Below, piece after piece: positions 28,964 to 38,782 of a DNA stretch of 64,000 nt. This DNA comes from Candidatus Multivoradales bacterium. GTDB lineage: Bacteria > Acidobacteriota > Thermoanaerobaculia > Multivoradales > Multivoraceae. How positions within the stretch are numbered: the stretch's first letter is position 1; every line of letters starts with the position of its first letter. The translations under genes were made by a program, and so were the position numbers. A model generated the notes under the pieces. That model was not told the DNA's origin. It worked only from the letters and a program-made list of their open reading frames with translations, and made no database searches. The stretch is from contig CBDCWI010000002.1 of NCBI GenBank assembly GCA_965223325.1, positions 800,001-864,000 on the forward strand, written 5' to 3'.

Positions 28964-30634
28964 TCAAGAACTGCACGAGAGCATCGAACAGCCCGGACGG
29001 TTGCGCGCCCACTCGGGTCGCTTCACAAACCACCGCGCGGCCTCGGGCTGCTCGTCGTATGGATGCCTGAGGACCTCGAGCAACTCGTCGATGAGGAGAG
29101 AAGCAAGCGCTTCGCCCTCAGCCATCGACGCCAGTGCCTCCGTGGCGTCATCGATCGCCAACTGCGCCATGTAATTGCGCAGAACGAAACGTGGATTCGT
29201 CGCGCGCATGAGCCGCCCACGCTCCGTGTCGTTCAGCGGGTCGAGGATCGAGCGCCGCCGGTAGGCCCTGATCCAGGTCGCGAATAGGGCGTGCTCTTCA
29301 CCGGAAATCTCTTCGGGTCGATACCAGGCCTCCGCCATAGGCCGTAGCAGCTCGTCGTCACGGGCGGAAGGTTCGCCGTTATCGGCAAGTAGCGCCAGTT
29401 GCGCGAAGAAGATCGTCATGTCGGTCTCGACCGCCTGGAGTACCCTGAACAAGCCGGAAAGAAGGGCGCCGCCGTCTTCAGGTTCGCCTGGCGCGCCTTC
29501 TGGAGACTCCCCATTCTCACCGACGCGCAGCGAGGCGAGGCCGAGCTTCTTGGCCATCATGTCGTGCCAGAGAGAGTCGAACATCGGCCCGAAGCCGTCG
29601 AGGATCGCGCTCAGGCTTTCGGCATCGTCGGCCAGCGGCAACAACGCGCCCGCCAGGCGGGCGAGGTTCCATTGGGCAACCTTCGGCTGGTTGCCGAAGC
29701 AGTAGCGCCGACCGGCAGCATCGGTTGTGTTGGGCGTCCACCCTGGATCGAAGTCTTCCAGCCACCCGTACGGCCCGTAGTCGATGGTGAGGCCGAGAAT
29801 CGACATGTTGTCGGTGTTCATCACCCCGTGCACGAAGCCGACCCGCATCCAGTGGCAGATCATCTGGGCGGTGCGCTCGACGACCCGGGCGAAGACGCGC
29901 GGCACGACGCGAGCACGCGGCTCGCTTTGATCGGGCCAGAGATCGCCGAAATGAGTGCTCACCGTGTAGTCAAAGAGTTGCTCGAGTTCGCGGGTTTCAC
30001 CGAGGGCGGCATGAATCTCGAAGTTTCCAAACCGCACGAAGGTTGGCGCGACCCTGCAGACAACCGCGCCCGGCTCCTCCTGGACGTTGCCGTCGTAGAA
30101 CATGTCGCGCACTACCATCTCACCGGTGGAGACGAGACTGAGCGCTCGGGTGGTGGGCACGCCCAGGTGAAACATCGCTTCACTGCACAGGAACTCACGC
30201 AGCGAAGAACGTAGAACCGCACGCCCATCAGCGGTGCGCGAGTAGGGCGTCGGGCCCGCTCCTTTCAGCTGCAGCTCGTAGCGTTCCCTTTCGCCTCGGA
30301 CTACCTCGCCAATTGAAATCGCGCGCCCGTCCCCCAGCTGCCCGGCCCAGGTACCGAACTGATGACCGCCATAGCGAGCTGCCCAGGGTGTCGACTGCGG
30401 CGGAACGTTATTGCCAGACAGAATGTCGGTCCACAGTTTTCCTCTTACCTCTTCCTCGGAAAGGCCGAGGACAGAAGCCATCTCGCGCGAGTAGGCCAAC
30501 CCGCGCGGTCGAGCGACCGGTGTCGGACGAACCAACGAGTAGCACGCCCCCGGGACCTGACGACGCGAGTTTTCTCGCAGCGGATCTGCTGGAAGCGCAC
30601 GAACCAACGAGTTGTCGAACGACAGGGCGGCCAT
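28964..30634 (-). CDS. selO: Protein adenylyltransferase SelO (YdiU)
   Basis: YGGHQFG..AGQLGDGRA, LQLKGAGPTPYSR.ADGRAVLRSS, GFVHGVMNTDNMSI, and C-terminal CSMLSCSS. Confidence 0.95.
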   Translation of the reverse strand: MAALSFDNSLVRALPADPLRENSRRQVPGACYSLVRPTPVARPRGLAYSREMASVLGLSEEEVRGKLWTDILSGNNVPPQSTPWAARYGGHQFGTWAGQLGDGRAISIGEVVRGERERYELQLKGAGPTPYSRTADGRAVLRSSLREFLCSEAMFHLGVPTTRALSLVSTGEMVVRDMFYDGNVQEEPGAVVCRVAPTFVRFGNFEIHAALGETRELEQLFDYTVSTHFGDLWPDQSEPRARVVPRVFARVVERTAQMICHWMRVGFVHGVMNTDNMSILGLTIDYGPYGWLEDFDPGWTPNTTDAAGRRYCFGNQPKVAQWNLARLAGALLPLADDAESLSAILDGFGPMFDSLWHDMMAKKLGLASLRVGENGESPEGAPGEPEDGGALLSGLFRVLQAVETDMTIFFAQLALLADNGEPSARDDELLRPMAEAWYRPEEISGEEHALFATWIRAYRRRSILDPLNDTERGRLMRATNPRFVLRNYMAQLAIDDATEALASMAEGEALASLLIDELLEVLRHPYDEQPEAARWFVKRPEWARNRPGCSMLSCSS

Positions 30635-30797
30635 GGCACAGTCAACGCGCCGGTGGCGCGTCCTTCTCGGGGGTGTTACTGGGTTTCCTCTTTCGCGACG
30701 AGGACTCTAGACCATCCGGCCCTCCGAAGATTGCTGTCCCCGGCTTCTTTCTGCTAACAACGGCTGCCTGCCGAACGACCGGCGCGAGGCTAGACCT

Positions 30798-31715
30798 GTG
30801 GCAGAGATACCTGAAGAGAACGTTGGAGACGCCTACGCGGACCCTCTGTACGCCGCCTCCTTCCAAGAGTCCGGCACGGCGAGGCGACTACCGCGCTGTG
30901 AGGGCTCCCTGGTCGTGCGGCCGATTCCCGGCTCGCCATCGTTTGACGCCATGGGTCCCTACCCGCTCTTTGCCTGCCGCGACTGGTCGGCGCTGGCTGG
31001 AGATCTCGACGAGCTGGGCGATCTGGTCTCGGTTGTACTGGTCACCGACCCGATGGCACACCTCGACCTGGAGCGAATGCGCCGGGACTTCGACGTCTTC
31101 CGGCCTTACAAGACCCACTACATCGTCGACCTCGATCAACACACCGAAGGGGCGATCTCGAACAGGCATCGGCGGTACTCGCACCGCGCGCTTCAGAGGC
31201 TCACCGTCGAGACCTGCCCTGTGGATGAGGCTCTCGATGAGTGGAGCGCGCTCTATGCACATCTCATCGAGCGCCACCAGATCAATGACCTGCGACGGTT
31301 CTCGAGGGCGACTTTCAAGGCACAGCTCGCGCTACCGGGAAGCGTCCTTCTGCGGGCACGTCTGGGCGAGCGCACGGTGGCAATGGACTGGTACCTCCAA
31401 ACCGAGACCACCGTCTACCGACACCTCGCGGCGCTCGCCCCCGAAGGTTACGACCACAGCGCCTCCTACGGCCTGGTTCACCGCGCCATTGACCTGTTTC
31501 GGGGTCGCAGAAAGTGGCTCGATCTCGGCGCCGGAGCGGGCACGCAAGAGAACTCCAGTGACGGCCTGACCTTCTGGAAGCGCGGCTGGACGAGAAACAC
31601 GGCCACTGCTTATCTGTGCGGCAAAGTCCTCGACCGCACCGCCTACCGCACGCTCGCCAAAGGGCCTGGCGCGACCACCTATTTCCCGGCCTACCGGGCC
31701 GGCGAGTTCGGCTGA
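30798..31715 (+). CDS. GNAT/FemAB-like acyltransferase domain protein
   Basis: DAMGPYP, YRHLAA and LDLGAGAG...DGLTFWKRGW, typical of sugar-associated GNAT proteins. Confidence 0.65.
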   Translation: MAEIPEENVGDAYADPLYAASFQESGTARRLPRCEGSLVVRPIPGSPSFDAMGPYPLFACRDWSALAGDLDELGDLVSVVLVTDPMAHLDLERMRRDFDVFRPYKTHYIVDLDQHTEGAISNRHRRYSHRALQRLTVETCPVDEALDEWSALYAHLIERHQINDLRRFSRATFKAQLALPGSVLLRARLGERTVAMDWYLQTETTVYRHLAALAPEGYDHSASYGLVHRAIDLFRGRRKWLDLGAGAGTQENSSDGLTFWKRGWTRNTATAYLCGKVLDRTAYRTLAKGPGATTYFPAYRAGEFG

Positions 31716-31747
31716 GTCCCCGAGCACCCGCGGGAAACGCCCAAGGA

Positions 31748-31823
31748 TTCCCAGTTTCATCCCAGTCGATCGCCCGGCAATCGCCCGGCAATCGCCGGGC
31801 CGGGGGGCCGGGTGATTGCCGGG
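31748..31823. repeat. Intergenic repeat related to the 23.77-kb array, forming an 18-bp GC-rich hairpin between convergent genes
   Basis: Contains CCCAGTCGATCGCCCGGCAATCGCCCGGCAATCGCC. Stem 31784-31801 pairs with 31806-31823 (one mismatch, one G-U). Confidence 0.75.
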
Positions 31824-31838
31824 ACGGCCTGCCTGGGC

Positions 31839-33905
31839 TCAGGGGCTCCGCGTCTCCTGTTCGATCGCCGCTGCCAGGGCCTCGCCGACGACCCGATGAC
31901 CAACTTCGTTCCAGTGCGGATCCCAGCGAAAGTACGGCTCCTCCCCCTCCTCGAGCGCTCTCGAGAGGGGCTCGAAGAGGGAGTTGCACGCGACGCCGGC
32001 GGCGCGACAGGCCTCTAGAACCGCCTCTTCAACGTCACGGTGATGATCCAGGAAGAGCTCGAGGCGGGTCCGATCTGGAGGTCGCGGCGTTTCGGCGCTC
32101 ACCGCCAGGAAACGATCGAGAGCCGCAGTGTCGATCGACCCGCTGAGCCGGGGTAGATAGAGACTCGCCTTCGACGGCGCCAGGGCCACCATCAGTTGCA
32201 TGCCCGAGCGGTCGGCAGTTACCTTGAGTCGTTCGAGCACCCTCGTGGTTTCCTGGAGGCCCTGGCGATCGCGCCACTGGCTGAGCGCAAGCGTTCCGGC
32301 GAACAACTCTCGATCGTGGAAGGCCACTGCCACTTCCCGCCCACCGAGTCGCCCCTCAACCGGGCCGAAGCCGCCACTGCGCGCAAACGACTCGAAACTC
32401 TGACGGCGGCCACCACCCAGGAGCGCTCTGCCCGCAGCCACGACGAACCAGTGATCACGGGCCCGGGCGATTCGGTTTCCACGCCGAGCCCACTGCTGGG
32501 CGTAGAGGAACTGCATCCATGACATTCCCGAGTGGCGGTAGCGAACGTACTGCTCGGCGTCCATGAGGTCATTGCCGAGGTAAAGGAGCACCACCGCCAC
32601 CGCCGGGTGTTGGCTGTCGTCCTCTGCCGCTGCAAAACGTGCGAGCACCTCCGCATACTGTTGGGGTCCATAGCCACCGACGCCGAGGTTGCGCACCGCC
32701 CCCCCACGGAGCCGAGTTTCAGCCAGGGCACGCTCGAGAATCGACGGCCAGGTGGACTCGCGCGGGCTCTGATCGCCTTCGGTGAAGGAGTCGCCGATCG
32801 CAATCACCGCTGGAGCCTGTGCACCTGGAGGATTGCGAAAACCGTCGCCGTCGGTCTCGAAGCGCACCTTGGGCCGCCTGCTCAATAAGCTGCGAGGGTG
32901 TTGCCCCTGCTCTTGGAGCCAGTCCGCAGCCAGCAGGTCGAAACGGTGTTCGGGAACGTAGGTGGCGGTCTGGTGGGGTCGATGCAAGAAGCCGAGCTTC
33001 TGATCGAAGCGCGTCGACGCGGTTCCACCCTGGTAGTAGCGAAACAGACCTTCGTCCTGCAGATGACCAGCTGCCTGCGCCGGAAAGGTGAGCGGGAACT
33101 GGCGAAAGAACATCTCGACGACCAACAGGACCAACACACTCGAGAAACCCGCCAGAGTCACACCACGCACGAGCCTCCGTACAGCCGGAAGCGGGGTCGG
33201 AGCGAAGCGACCGGTCTCCCGGTTCGTCACCGCACAGAATAGCCCGGCGAGAAGCAGCGAGAGCGCCAGGCCCAGCCCTCGAATCGAGGTCTCCTCCCGG
33301 ATCAACGGTTGGCTCCATAACGCCCAGTCGTAGGCGCGTGTCGCACCGCTTTCGGTGTCTAGGACCAGGGCGACGCCCGAGCCCGGGCTGGCAAACGAAA
33401 GATCGATCTTCCGCCAGCCCGACCGCGCCTCTTCCGGCGACAGGAAGACCTCTCGCGACGCAAGGACGGTGTCGCCCGCTCCAGTTCCCGCCTCGGGGAG
33501 CAACGCGCCCCCAAGACTCCCGGGCACAACGACAGAGACCCGAAAGAGAACCCCATCGCTCCCTTCTTGACCTGTCGCCTCCGGCAGCAGCGCCGCCGCC
33601 ACCGAGACACGGGAGCGACCGCGGCGTAGATCGAGAGGCCATCTAAGCCTCGACCGGGGGTGGGCAAAGATCGCGACGCGCGCCGCGGCTCCGTCCTCGT
33701 CTAGACGGTAGAGCTCCTGCCAGTGGGGGTCACTTTCCAGGGCAACCAATGCGTCGTTGAGCGACAGGCTGAGGCTCTTGGAATGACCCGCCTCTCGTAA
33801 CCAGGCCAAAGCCACAAGGAGGGCCATCGCCGAGAGCGCAACGGGAAGCCAAGAGAGTACGCCGCTCCTTGGCCCGCCCGGCGAATAGAATGAGCGACGG
33901 GTCAT
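31839..33905 (-). CDS. Membrane-anchored SGNH/GDSL (AlgX/AlgJ-like) protein
   Basis: IGDSFTEG, NLGVGGYGP, YLGND and DPHWN (DxH) blocks. N-terminal TM segments. Confidence 0.8.
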   Translation of the reverse strand: MTRRSFYSPGGPRSGVLSWLPVALSAMALLVALAWLREAGHSKSLSLSLNDALVALESDPHWQELYRLDEDGAAARVAIFAHPRSRLRWPLDLRRGRSRVSVAAALLPEATGQEGSDGVLFRVSVVVPGSLGGALLPEAGTGAGDTVLASREVFLSPEEARSGWRKIDLSFASPGSGVALVLDTESGATRAYDWALWSQPLIREETSIRGLGLALSLLLAGLFCAVTNRETGRFAPTPLPAVRRLVRGVTLAGFSSVLVLLVVEMFFRQFPLTFPAQAAGHLQDEGLFRYYQGGTASTRFDQKLGFLHRPHQTATYVPEHRFDLLAADWLQEQGQHPRSLLSRRPKVRFETDGDGFRNPPGAQAPAVIAIGDSFTEGDQSPRESTWPSILERALAETRLRGGAVRNLGVGGYGPQQYAEVLARFAAAEDDSQHPAVAVVLLYLGNDLMDAEQYVRYRHSGMSWMQFLYAQQWARRGNRIARARDHWFVVAAGRALLGGGRRQSFESFARSGGFGPVEGRLGGREVAVAFHDRELFAGTLALSQWRDRQGLQETTRVLERLKVTADRSGMQLMVALAPSKASLYLPRLSGSIDTAALDRFLAVSAETPRPPDRTRLELFLDHHRDVEEAVLEACRAAGVACNSLFEPLSRALEEGEEPYFRWDPHWNEVGHRVVGEALAAAIEQETRSP

Positions 33906-34101
33906 CGGCGCGAGCCAGAGCGGCCCGACTCCCTACCCCACCGAGGACCCGCAGGATTCGGCCCTGCCGGGTTCCCCCGCCCGATGACCAACCTCGAATA
34001 CATCACCCTCGTGGATCTCAAACGATGACAATCGCTGGACCGAACGACCGGCGATCTGGTTCCCACAATTCTACGCCGGCTCGGTCGAGCGAGGCGAGAC
34101 G

Positions 34102-34746
34102 GTGACCGAACCGATCTATCGCGGCATCGTCGACTTCTGCGAAGCGTGCTTCGAAGAACACGGAGACTCCTACCTGGGGGCTGGCTGGACGCGCAGCGCG
34201 GAGCTCGCAGACCTCCGCTACCAGGTGGTTCTCGACCTCGTTCCCGCACAGGGGAGGCCGGCAAGCCTGCTCGACTTCGGATGCGGTGCCGGCCGCCTCT
34301 ATGACTACCTGAAACGAACGCAAACGGAGGGCATCGAGTACGCCGGCCTCGATGTCTCGGAACGGGTGCTCGAATTCGCTCGCGGCAAGTACCCCGAGGT
34401 TAGCTTCTACCGCCTCGACCTTCTCGAAGCGCAAAGGAACAAAAGGCCCGTCCAGTTGCCGGTCTTCGACTACGTCGTCATGAACGGTGTCTTCTCCTAT
34501 CGCGGTGAGATCGCACGCGACGACATGGTGACCTACCAACAGGAGCTCATCGTAGCGGCGGCAGAACATGCGCGTCGTGGTCTGGCCTGGAACGTCATGT
34601 CGACCTGGGTCGACTGGGAGCGCGACGATCTCTTCCACGTGCCGCTCGATGAGACGGCAGAGTTCGTGACCAGGACCTTCGGGCGCGAGTTCGTGATTCG
34701 GCACGACTATCAGCAGTTCGAGTACACCGTCTATGTCTACCTCTAA
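34102..34746 (+). CDS. Class I SAM-dependent methyltransferase
   Basis: LLDFGCGAG, YAGLD and FDYVVMNGVF. Overlaps the next gene. Confidence 0.85.
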   Translation: MTEPIYRGIVDFCEACFEEHGDSYLGAGWTRSAELADLRYQVVLDLVPAQGRPASLLDFGCGAGRLYDYLKRTQTEGIEYAGLDVSERVLEFARGKYPEVSFYRLDLLEAQRNKRPVQLPVFDYVVMNGVFSYRGEIARDDMVTYQQELIVAAAEHARRGLAWNVMSTWVDWERDDLFHVPLDETAEFVTRTFGREFVIRHDYQQFEYTVYVYL

Positions 34747-35956
34747 GAGCCTCAGGAGGCTGGCCGTTTTCGGTGGACACCCTGCGTTTGAGACGGCACT
34801 TCACGTCGGCAGGCCGAACCTCGGCGACCTCGAGCGGTTCAGACAACGCGTCGACCAGGCCTTGGAACGCAACTGGCTCACCAACGATGGGCCTCTCCTG
34901 GCCGAGTTCGAAGAGCGGGTCGCCGATCTGCTCGGCGTCGAACACTGCATCGCGACCTGCAACGGGACCATGGCACTCGCGATTGCGGGGCGCGCTGCGG
35001 GAGTTGAAGGCGAAGTCATCGTGCCCGCGTTTACCTTCGTCGCCACCGCTCACGCCTTTGATTGGCAGGGCATCAAACCGGTGTTCTGCGACGTTTCACT
35101 CGACTCTCATCACATCGACCCCCAGTCGGCCGACAGGGCGATCACCGAGAACACAACGGCAATCGTTGGGGTGCACACATGGGGCCGCGCCGCTCCAGTC
35201 GAGGCGCTGTCTGCCCTCGCCCAGAGACGGGGTCTCACTCTTCTCTTCGATGCTGCGCCGGCCTTTTCATGCACGCATGGCGGCACCATGATCGGCGGCT
35301 TCGGTCGCGCCGAGGCGCTGAGCTTTCATGCCACCAAGGTAGTCAACACCATCGAGGGCGGCGCAGTAGTGACCAACGACGGCGAGGTCGCAGAGCGCGC
35401 CCGTCGCATGCGCTCCTATGGCTTCGTCGCAACCGACACGGTGGTCTCGACCGGCACCAACGCCAAGATGAGTGAGATCTCGGCAGCCATGGGCCTGACC
35501 TCGCTCGAGAGCCTCGAGGAGTGGAGGGCCCACAACCGCGAGAACCACGAGCACTACCAACGGGGGCTCCTGGGCCTTCCAGGTCTCCGACTGCTGGGCT
35601 ACCCAGAGGGCGAGCGAAGCGTCTTTCACAACGTTGTCGTCGAAGTCGACGGGGCGGAAGCCGGGCTCACGAGGGACGTGCTACACGACGTTCTGGTGGC
35701 CGAGAACGTTCTGGTGCGCCGCTACTTCTTCCCCGGATGCCACCGCATGGAGCCCTACCGCTCGCGCGCTGCCAGTGCCAACGCCCCAGCGCTCTCGCTC
35801 GCCAACACCGAGCGCCTCTCTCACACCGTCCTCTCGCTACCCACCGGCACCCAACTCGGGGGTCCAGAGATCGACCGTATATGCGGCATCGTGCGTTCAG
35901 CCCTTGCGGAACCTGGCGAGGTGACCCGTCGTGTAGGCCAGGTCAAAAGAGGGTAA
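34733..35956 (+). CDS. DegT/DnrJ/EryC1/StrS family sugar aminotransferase
   Basis: WLTNDGP, CNGT, PAFTFVAT, FDAA, SFHATK (PLP Lys) and LSLP. Confidence 0.92.
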   Translation: MSTSKSLRRLAVFGGHPAFETALHVGRPNLGDLERFRQRVDQALERNWLTNDGPLLAEFEERVADLLGVEHCIATCNGTMALAIAGRAAGVEGEVIVPAFTFVATAHAFDWQGIKPVFCDVSLDSHHIDPQSADRAITENTTAIVGVHTWGRAAPVEALSALAQRRGLTLLFDAAPAFSCTHGGTMIGGFGRAEALSFHATKVVNTIEGGAVVTNDGEVAERARRMRSYGFVATDTVVSTGTNAKMSEISAAMGLTSLESLEEWRAHNRENHEHYQRGLLGLPGLRLLGYPEGERSVFHNVVVEVDGAEAGLTRDVLHDVLVAENVLVRRYFFPGCHRMEPYRSRAASANAPALSLANTERLSHTVLSLPTGTQLGGPEIDRICGIVRSALAEPGEVTRRVGQVKRG

Positions 35957-35964
35957 ACCCTCCG

Positions 35965-36921
35965 ATGAACGTCGAAGCGAAGAGCCCGATGGGGAGCGGG
36001 GCGGCCCTCCTCACAGTCGTCGTCACGACCTACAACCACGAGCGCTACATCGAGCAGGCGCTCGACGGCGTAGGCGCCCAGGTCACGCGATTTGCCTTCG
36101 AGGTCGTCGTACTCGACGACTGCTCAACTGACAGAACACCCGCGATCGTGCGGCGCATGGCGGAGTCCTCGCCGGTTCCGATGACGCTCGTCCAACCGCC
36201 TCAGAACAACAACAACCTCGAGCTCTTCGCCTCGGCCATCGACTCGAGCGGCTCGCGCTACATCGCCATACTCGACGGTGACGACTACTGGACCGACGAG
36301 CACAAGCTGCAAAGGCAGGTCGACTTCCTCGAAGACCACCCGGACTGCGTGCTCTCGTTTCACAACGTACTTCTCGACCACCACGACGACACCTCACCGC
36401 CGAGACCAGAGTACGCCCCCGGACAACTACCGACCTTCAGCGATCGCGACGATCTCTGGCGCGGCAACTTCGTGCGCACCGCCGCGGTGGTCTTTCGCCG
36501 CGATCGCTTCAAGAGCCTGCCTTCCTGGTACAAGACCTGCCCGTTCGGCGACTGGGAACTTTTCTACTTTCTCGCCGGCTTCGGGCGCCTTGGCTACCTC
36601 GACGAACCAATGGCGGCCTACCGGATTCACCAGCAAGGCGCCTGGTCTGGCCGCACCTCTCGTGATCAGGCGGAACGTTGCCTCGAGGCCATGGCGGTCA
36701 TGGAGGCCCACACAACGGCCGAAGACGTCTCGGCAGAGGGTCGTTACTCGCGCAACCGACTGCGGGCCGACCTCTATCTCGAAATCGGAGACTGGCCGGC
36801 CGCAACCCGCGCCCTGTGGCAGGCGGCCAGGACGGTACCATCGTCTTCGCCGAATCGTCTGGGCCGCCGCACCAGAGCACTTGGCCAACTTCTCCACACG
36901 TTGCCAAAGGCACTCCTGTAG
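35965..36921 (+). CDS. Glycosyltransferase family 2
   Basis: TTYNHERYI, LDDCSTD, ILDGDDYW and AAYRIH. ATG 35965. Confidence 0.9.
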   Translation: MNVEAKSPMGSGAALLTVVVTTYNHERYIEQALDGVGAQVTRFAFEVVVLDDCSTDRTPAIVRRMAESSPVPMTLVQPPQNNNNLELFASAIDSSGSRYIAILDGDDYWTDEHKLQRQVDFLEDHPDCVLSFHNVLLDHHDDTSPPRPEYAPGQLPTFSDRDDLWRGNFVRTAAVVFRRDRFKSLPSWYKTCPFGDWELFYFLAGFGRLGYLDEPMAAYRIHQQGAWSGRTSRDQAERCLEAMAVMEAHTTAEDVSAEGRYSRNRLRADLYLEIGDWPAATRALWQAARTVPSSSPNRLGRRTRALGQLLHTLPKALL

Positions 36922-36972
36922 AACGCTCGAGCGGTCGCACTACTGAGGCACGCGCCCTGGTGGCGCCCCCTC

Positions 36973-38415
36973 TCAGAGCAACGTCGGGTCGATCTCGGCC
37001 TCCTGGGTCTTGGTGGTGGCACGCCGGAGGGCGACCCGCCACCAGACGCTCGCCACCGCCGCCGACAACCAGCCGCCGAGCAGCATCGAACCGAAGACGA
37101 ACTCGATCGGTCGGGAGTCGAGGAAGGTGAAGTAGGCCGCCAACGGAACCGAGATCAAGAGCACCCGGAGAGTGGAGAGGACCAGTTCGGGAGCACCCAG
37201 CCCGAGACCCTGGAGCGCGCGACCGAGGAGGATCGAGAACGGGAACATCGGAAAGGCGAAGGCGACCCAGTGCAGGTACTTCACCGCGACGGCACGAATC
37301 GACGGGCTGTCGGTGAACGGCGCGACCAGCCAAGGCGCCGCCAGGAGAAAGAGTGCTGACACTGCAAGGGCCATCACGAACGCCGAGCGTTGCGCGTAGC
37401 GCGCCACCTCCGCCACCAGCTCGAGCCGGCGCGCGCCGTAGAACATTCCGACCAACGTCACGAGCGAGTTGGCCATTGCAACCAACGGGAGGACGATGAG
37501 CTGGTCGAGCCGTCCGCCAACCTGAAAGGCGGCAACTGCGTCGGGCGAGAACTCGACGAGAATGCGGTTGAACGCCCCGCCACCGACCGCCATGACGAAA
37601 AAGGAGAGCGACGCCGGCGCACCGATTCGCACCAGGTCGATGAGAATCGGCGGATCGAGGCGAAATTCTCGAAACGAGAGGTCGGCATGTGCCCGCTTCC
37701 GAACGAACAAGAGAAAGGCGAAGATCGACATCGTCAGCGCCTGCGAAACGACTGTTGCCAGTGCGGCGCCTCGCACGCCCAGGTCGAGCGCGAAGATGAA
37801 GATCGGGTCGAGGATGAGGTTCGCGATCGTGCCAATCGCTCCGATCACGACCGGTAGCTTGACCTCTCCTTCACCAGAGAAGATGGACCGAAAGAGAATC
37901 GCCATCACCTGAAAAACAAAACAGAGAGCGATCAGCGAGAAGTAGCTCCAGGCCAGCGGCAGGAGGGCCTCAGGCACTCCGATCATGGTGAGCAGCTGCG
38001 GCCCGTAGCCGAGACCTACGCCACTGAAGAGCAACGTCAAGAGGACTCCCGCCAGCACCGCGTGCTGCGCCACCAGGTCGGCCCGCCGCTTGTCTCGTGC
38101 TCCGATGGCTCGGGCGATCAGCGACGTGACCGCACTACCGAGACCGAAGGTTGATCCCATGGCCAGGAACAGGAGCGGCATGTTGAACGCCACCGCAGTC
38201 AGAGCGTCGGCACCGACCATGCCAACGAAGATCATGTCGGCGATCGTGTAGAGGGTGTAGATCGACATGCCGACCATGATCGGTAGCGCCAGGCTCCAGA
38301 GGGCACGCTTCGGATCGCGCTGGAACTCCGCCAGGCGCTGTGCGGCTCGATCGTCCTGGGGACGGTCAGACTCCGGCCGGCTCTTCGGGTTCTGGGCGTG
38401 GGGGCTTGGGCTCAT
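36973..38415 (-). CDS. MATE family efflux transporter
   Basis: Many TM segments. LALPI...D, NLILDPIFIF and GVRGAALAT motifs. Confidence 0.9.
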   Translation of the reverse strand: MSPSPHAQNPKSRPESDRPQDDRAAQRLAEFQRDPKRALWSLALPIMVGMSIYTLYTIADMIFVGMVGADALTAVAFNMPLLFLAMGSTFGLGSAVTSLIARAIGARDKRRADLVAQHAVLAGVLLTLLFSGVGLGYGPQLLTMIGVPEALLPLAWSYFSLIALCFVFQVMAILFRSIFSGEGEVKLPVVIGAIGTIANLILDPIFIFALDLGVRGAALATVVSQALTMSIFAFLLFVRKRAHADLSFREFRLDPPILIDLVRIGAPASLSFFVMAVGGGAFNRILVEFSPDAVAAFQVGGRLDQLIVLPLVAMANSLVTLVGMFYGARRLELVAEVARYAQRSAFVMALAVSALFLLAAPWLVAPFTDSPSIRAVAVKYLHWVAFAFPMFPFSILLGRALQGLGLGAPELVLSTLRVLLISVPLAAYFTFLDSRPIEFVFGSMLLGGWLSAAVASVWWRVALRRATTKTQEAEIDPTLL

Positions 38416-38465
38416 CTTCCTCGGGGCACACAAGGGGCGCTCATGCCGCCCCGACTCACGGCACT

Positions 38466-38631
38466 CTAGTACCCCGTACCATTGAAACGCACAGCGTCTG
38501 CGCGGTCCTCGCGCTCGATCTCTGTGTTGTCACTCCTCGACAGATCACCAATATGCCTGCGTCGTGACGCCTTGATCTCGAGCACGAACATCCGCTCAGC
38601 CACTATCCGTTTCAAGGGTACGGGGTACTAG
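38466..38631. mobile_element. MITE-like element, 166 bp, with 24-bp terminal inverted repeats and CTAG at both ends
   Basis: CTAGTACCCCGTACCATTGAAACG (38466-38489) is the reverse complement of CGTTTCAAGGGTACGGGGTACTAG (38608-38631) with 1 mismatch. No transposase ORF inside. Confidence 0.78.
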
Positions 38632-38782
38632 TCCCTCGCAGCCGATCGCGACACTTCCTTGATCTCGAGCGCGACCGTCGACCCGACGGCTACCGGCGGC
38701 AGCGCCTCGGCGAAGCGCTGAAACGCTGCCAGCTGGGCTATCCTGGTTTCGTTCTCCAATCCATGCCTCGAAGGGAGCCGCC

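Noticed and set aside
28964-28990. Selenocysteine in the SelO C-terminus
   Set aside because: It ends CSMLSCSS with Cys codons; the UGA is the normal terminal stop.
30313-31569. 418-aa plus-strand ORF and many similar long alternative-frame ORFs
   Set aside because: Arg/Pro/Ser-rich with no motifs, and overlapping well-supported genes; expected in high-GC DNA.
33906-34000. c-di-AMP (ydaO) riboswitch on the minus strand
   Set aside because: GGGGAACC and GCCGAATCC words occur but in the wrong order, and the 3' elements are missing.
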